A stretch of DNA of 64,000 bases from contig CAWDVP010000006.1 of NCBI GenBank assembly GCA_963805945.1, forward strand, positions 467,345 through 531,344, in the 5' to 3' direction. The notes below the pieces were generated by a model. The model searched no databases. It saw only the letters and a program-made list of their open reading frames with translations, and was not told where the DNA came from. Of this stretch, positions 62,243 through 64,000 are shown in pieces (positions within the stretch are counted from its first letter, which is position 1; each line of letters opens with the position of its first letter). This stretch comes from Vulcanimicrobiota bacterium (GTDB lineage Bacteria; Vulcanimicrobiota; Vulcanimicrobiia; Eremiobacterales; Eremiobacteraceae). Made by a program: the position numbers and the translations under genes.

Positions 62243-63351
62243 ATGAAGACCATGACGGCAAGCGCTCTTGCGCCGTCGCCTGGCGGAGCGCTCCCGAAGA
62301 CGATGCGCGCGATCGTCAAGGAGAAGGCCGGCCGCGGCATGTCGCTGCGCGAAGTGCCGCTTCCCGAATACGGCCCTAACGACGTCCTCGTCCGCGTCCA
62401 CAAGGCCGGCATCTGCGGCACCGACGGCCACATCTACGGCTGGGATCACTGGGCGCAGCGCCGCGTGCATCCGCCGCTCGATCGTCGGCACGAGTTCATG
62501 GGCAACGTCGCGGCGGTCGGCGGCGCGGTGCGCGGTCGCGCGTCGGCGATCGCGTCTCGGCCGAAGGCCACATCGTCGTGCGGCGTCTGCCTGCTCTGCC
62601 GCACCGGGCAAGGCGCACATCTGCGAGCACGTCAGATCATCGGCGTCGATAGCGACGGCGCGTTCGCCGACTACATCGCATGCCGGAGGTCGAACGTCTG
62701 GAAGCTCGACCCGGCGATTCCCGACGAGTTGGGCGCGGTCTTCGATCCGCTCGGCAACGCGGTGCACACCGTGATGGCCGCCGGCGTCAGCGCGAAGAGC
62801 GTCGTGATCACCGGCGTCGGATCGATCGGCCTGATGGCGATTCCCGGTCGCGCGCGCCGCGGGCGCGGCGCTGGTCTTCGCGGTCGACGTCAATCCCGCG
62901 AAGCTCGCGCTCGCCGAGCGCGTCGGCGCCGACGCGACGTTTTCGACGCGACGCGACCCGACCTCGTCGACGAGATCTCGCGCCGCACCGGCGGCGACGG
63001 CGTCGACGTGCTGCTCGAGATGTCGGGCAGCGGCTTCGGCGATCGACAGCGGGCTTGCAGATGGTGCGCAACGGCGGCGCGCGCCGCGCTGCTCGGCATT
63101 CCGCCCGACGACGTCAAGATCAACCTCGCCGAACGGATCATCTTCAAGGGCCTCACCGTGCTCGGCATCAACGGCCGCAAGATGTTCGAGACGTGGTATC
63201 AAACGCAGGCGCTCGTCAAGAGCGGCCGCGTCGACCTGCGCCGATCATCACGCACGAGCTGCCGTTCGAGCAGTTCGACCGCGCGCTTCGAGCTTGATGC
63301 GCAGCGGCAAAGCCGCGAAGATCGTTCTTCGACTCGGAGGGCGCGTAGAAG

Positions 63352-63355
<4 letters not shown>
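62243..63355 (+). CDS. tdh: L-threonine 3-dehydrogenase, many indels
   Basis: GICGTDGHIY.WD.WA, HEF.G, CGVC..C, FDPLGNAVHT, GINGRKMFETWY; adjacent to kbl. Confidence 0.9.

Positions 63356-64000
<645 letters not shown>

Overview
High-GC bacterial chromosomal window. It is probably from a metagenome or long-read assembly, because many 1-bp indels break genes that should be essential. The lineage is tentatively an Eremiobacterota-like terrabacterial diderm; this is inference only. Left to right: (1) a glycogen/alpha-glucan cluster (glgP, two GH57 enzymes, glgC, a GH63-like glucosidase, a flavoprotein disulfide reductase, glgB, glgA); (2) an accessory stretch of about 15 kb around tRNA-Asn, with small secreted and membrane proteins, a Gly/Tyr/Ser/Thr 18-aa repeat protein next to DUF2092, a CYTH-like gene with a chromate-transporter pair, an FGE-family lipoprotein, DUF4239 and a putative outer-membrane barrel; (3) an ahcY-metK-hemE-hemH-hemY operon divergent from a cyclodeaminase gene and folD; (4) an ECF sigma/anti-sigma/RseB module, HDAC, TPR protein, etfBA and tRNA-Leu; (5) a CIRCE-controlled hrcA-dnaJ-prmA-rsmE run followed by GT2-accD-accA-divIC-yabR-like; (6) dinG and tdh-kbl. 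No transposase, integrase, prophage or CRISPR array was found. The most notable unannotated signal is a set of short REP-like palindromes. One 26-nt element occurs once between genes and twice in frame inside unrelated protein-coding genes (hemY and a YabR-like S1 protein). Related GTAG-tagged palindromes overlap or supply the ends of other genes.
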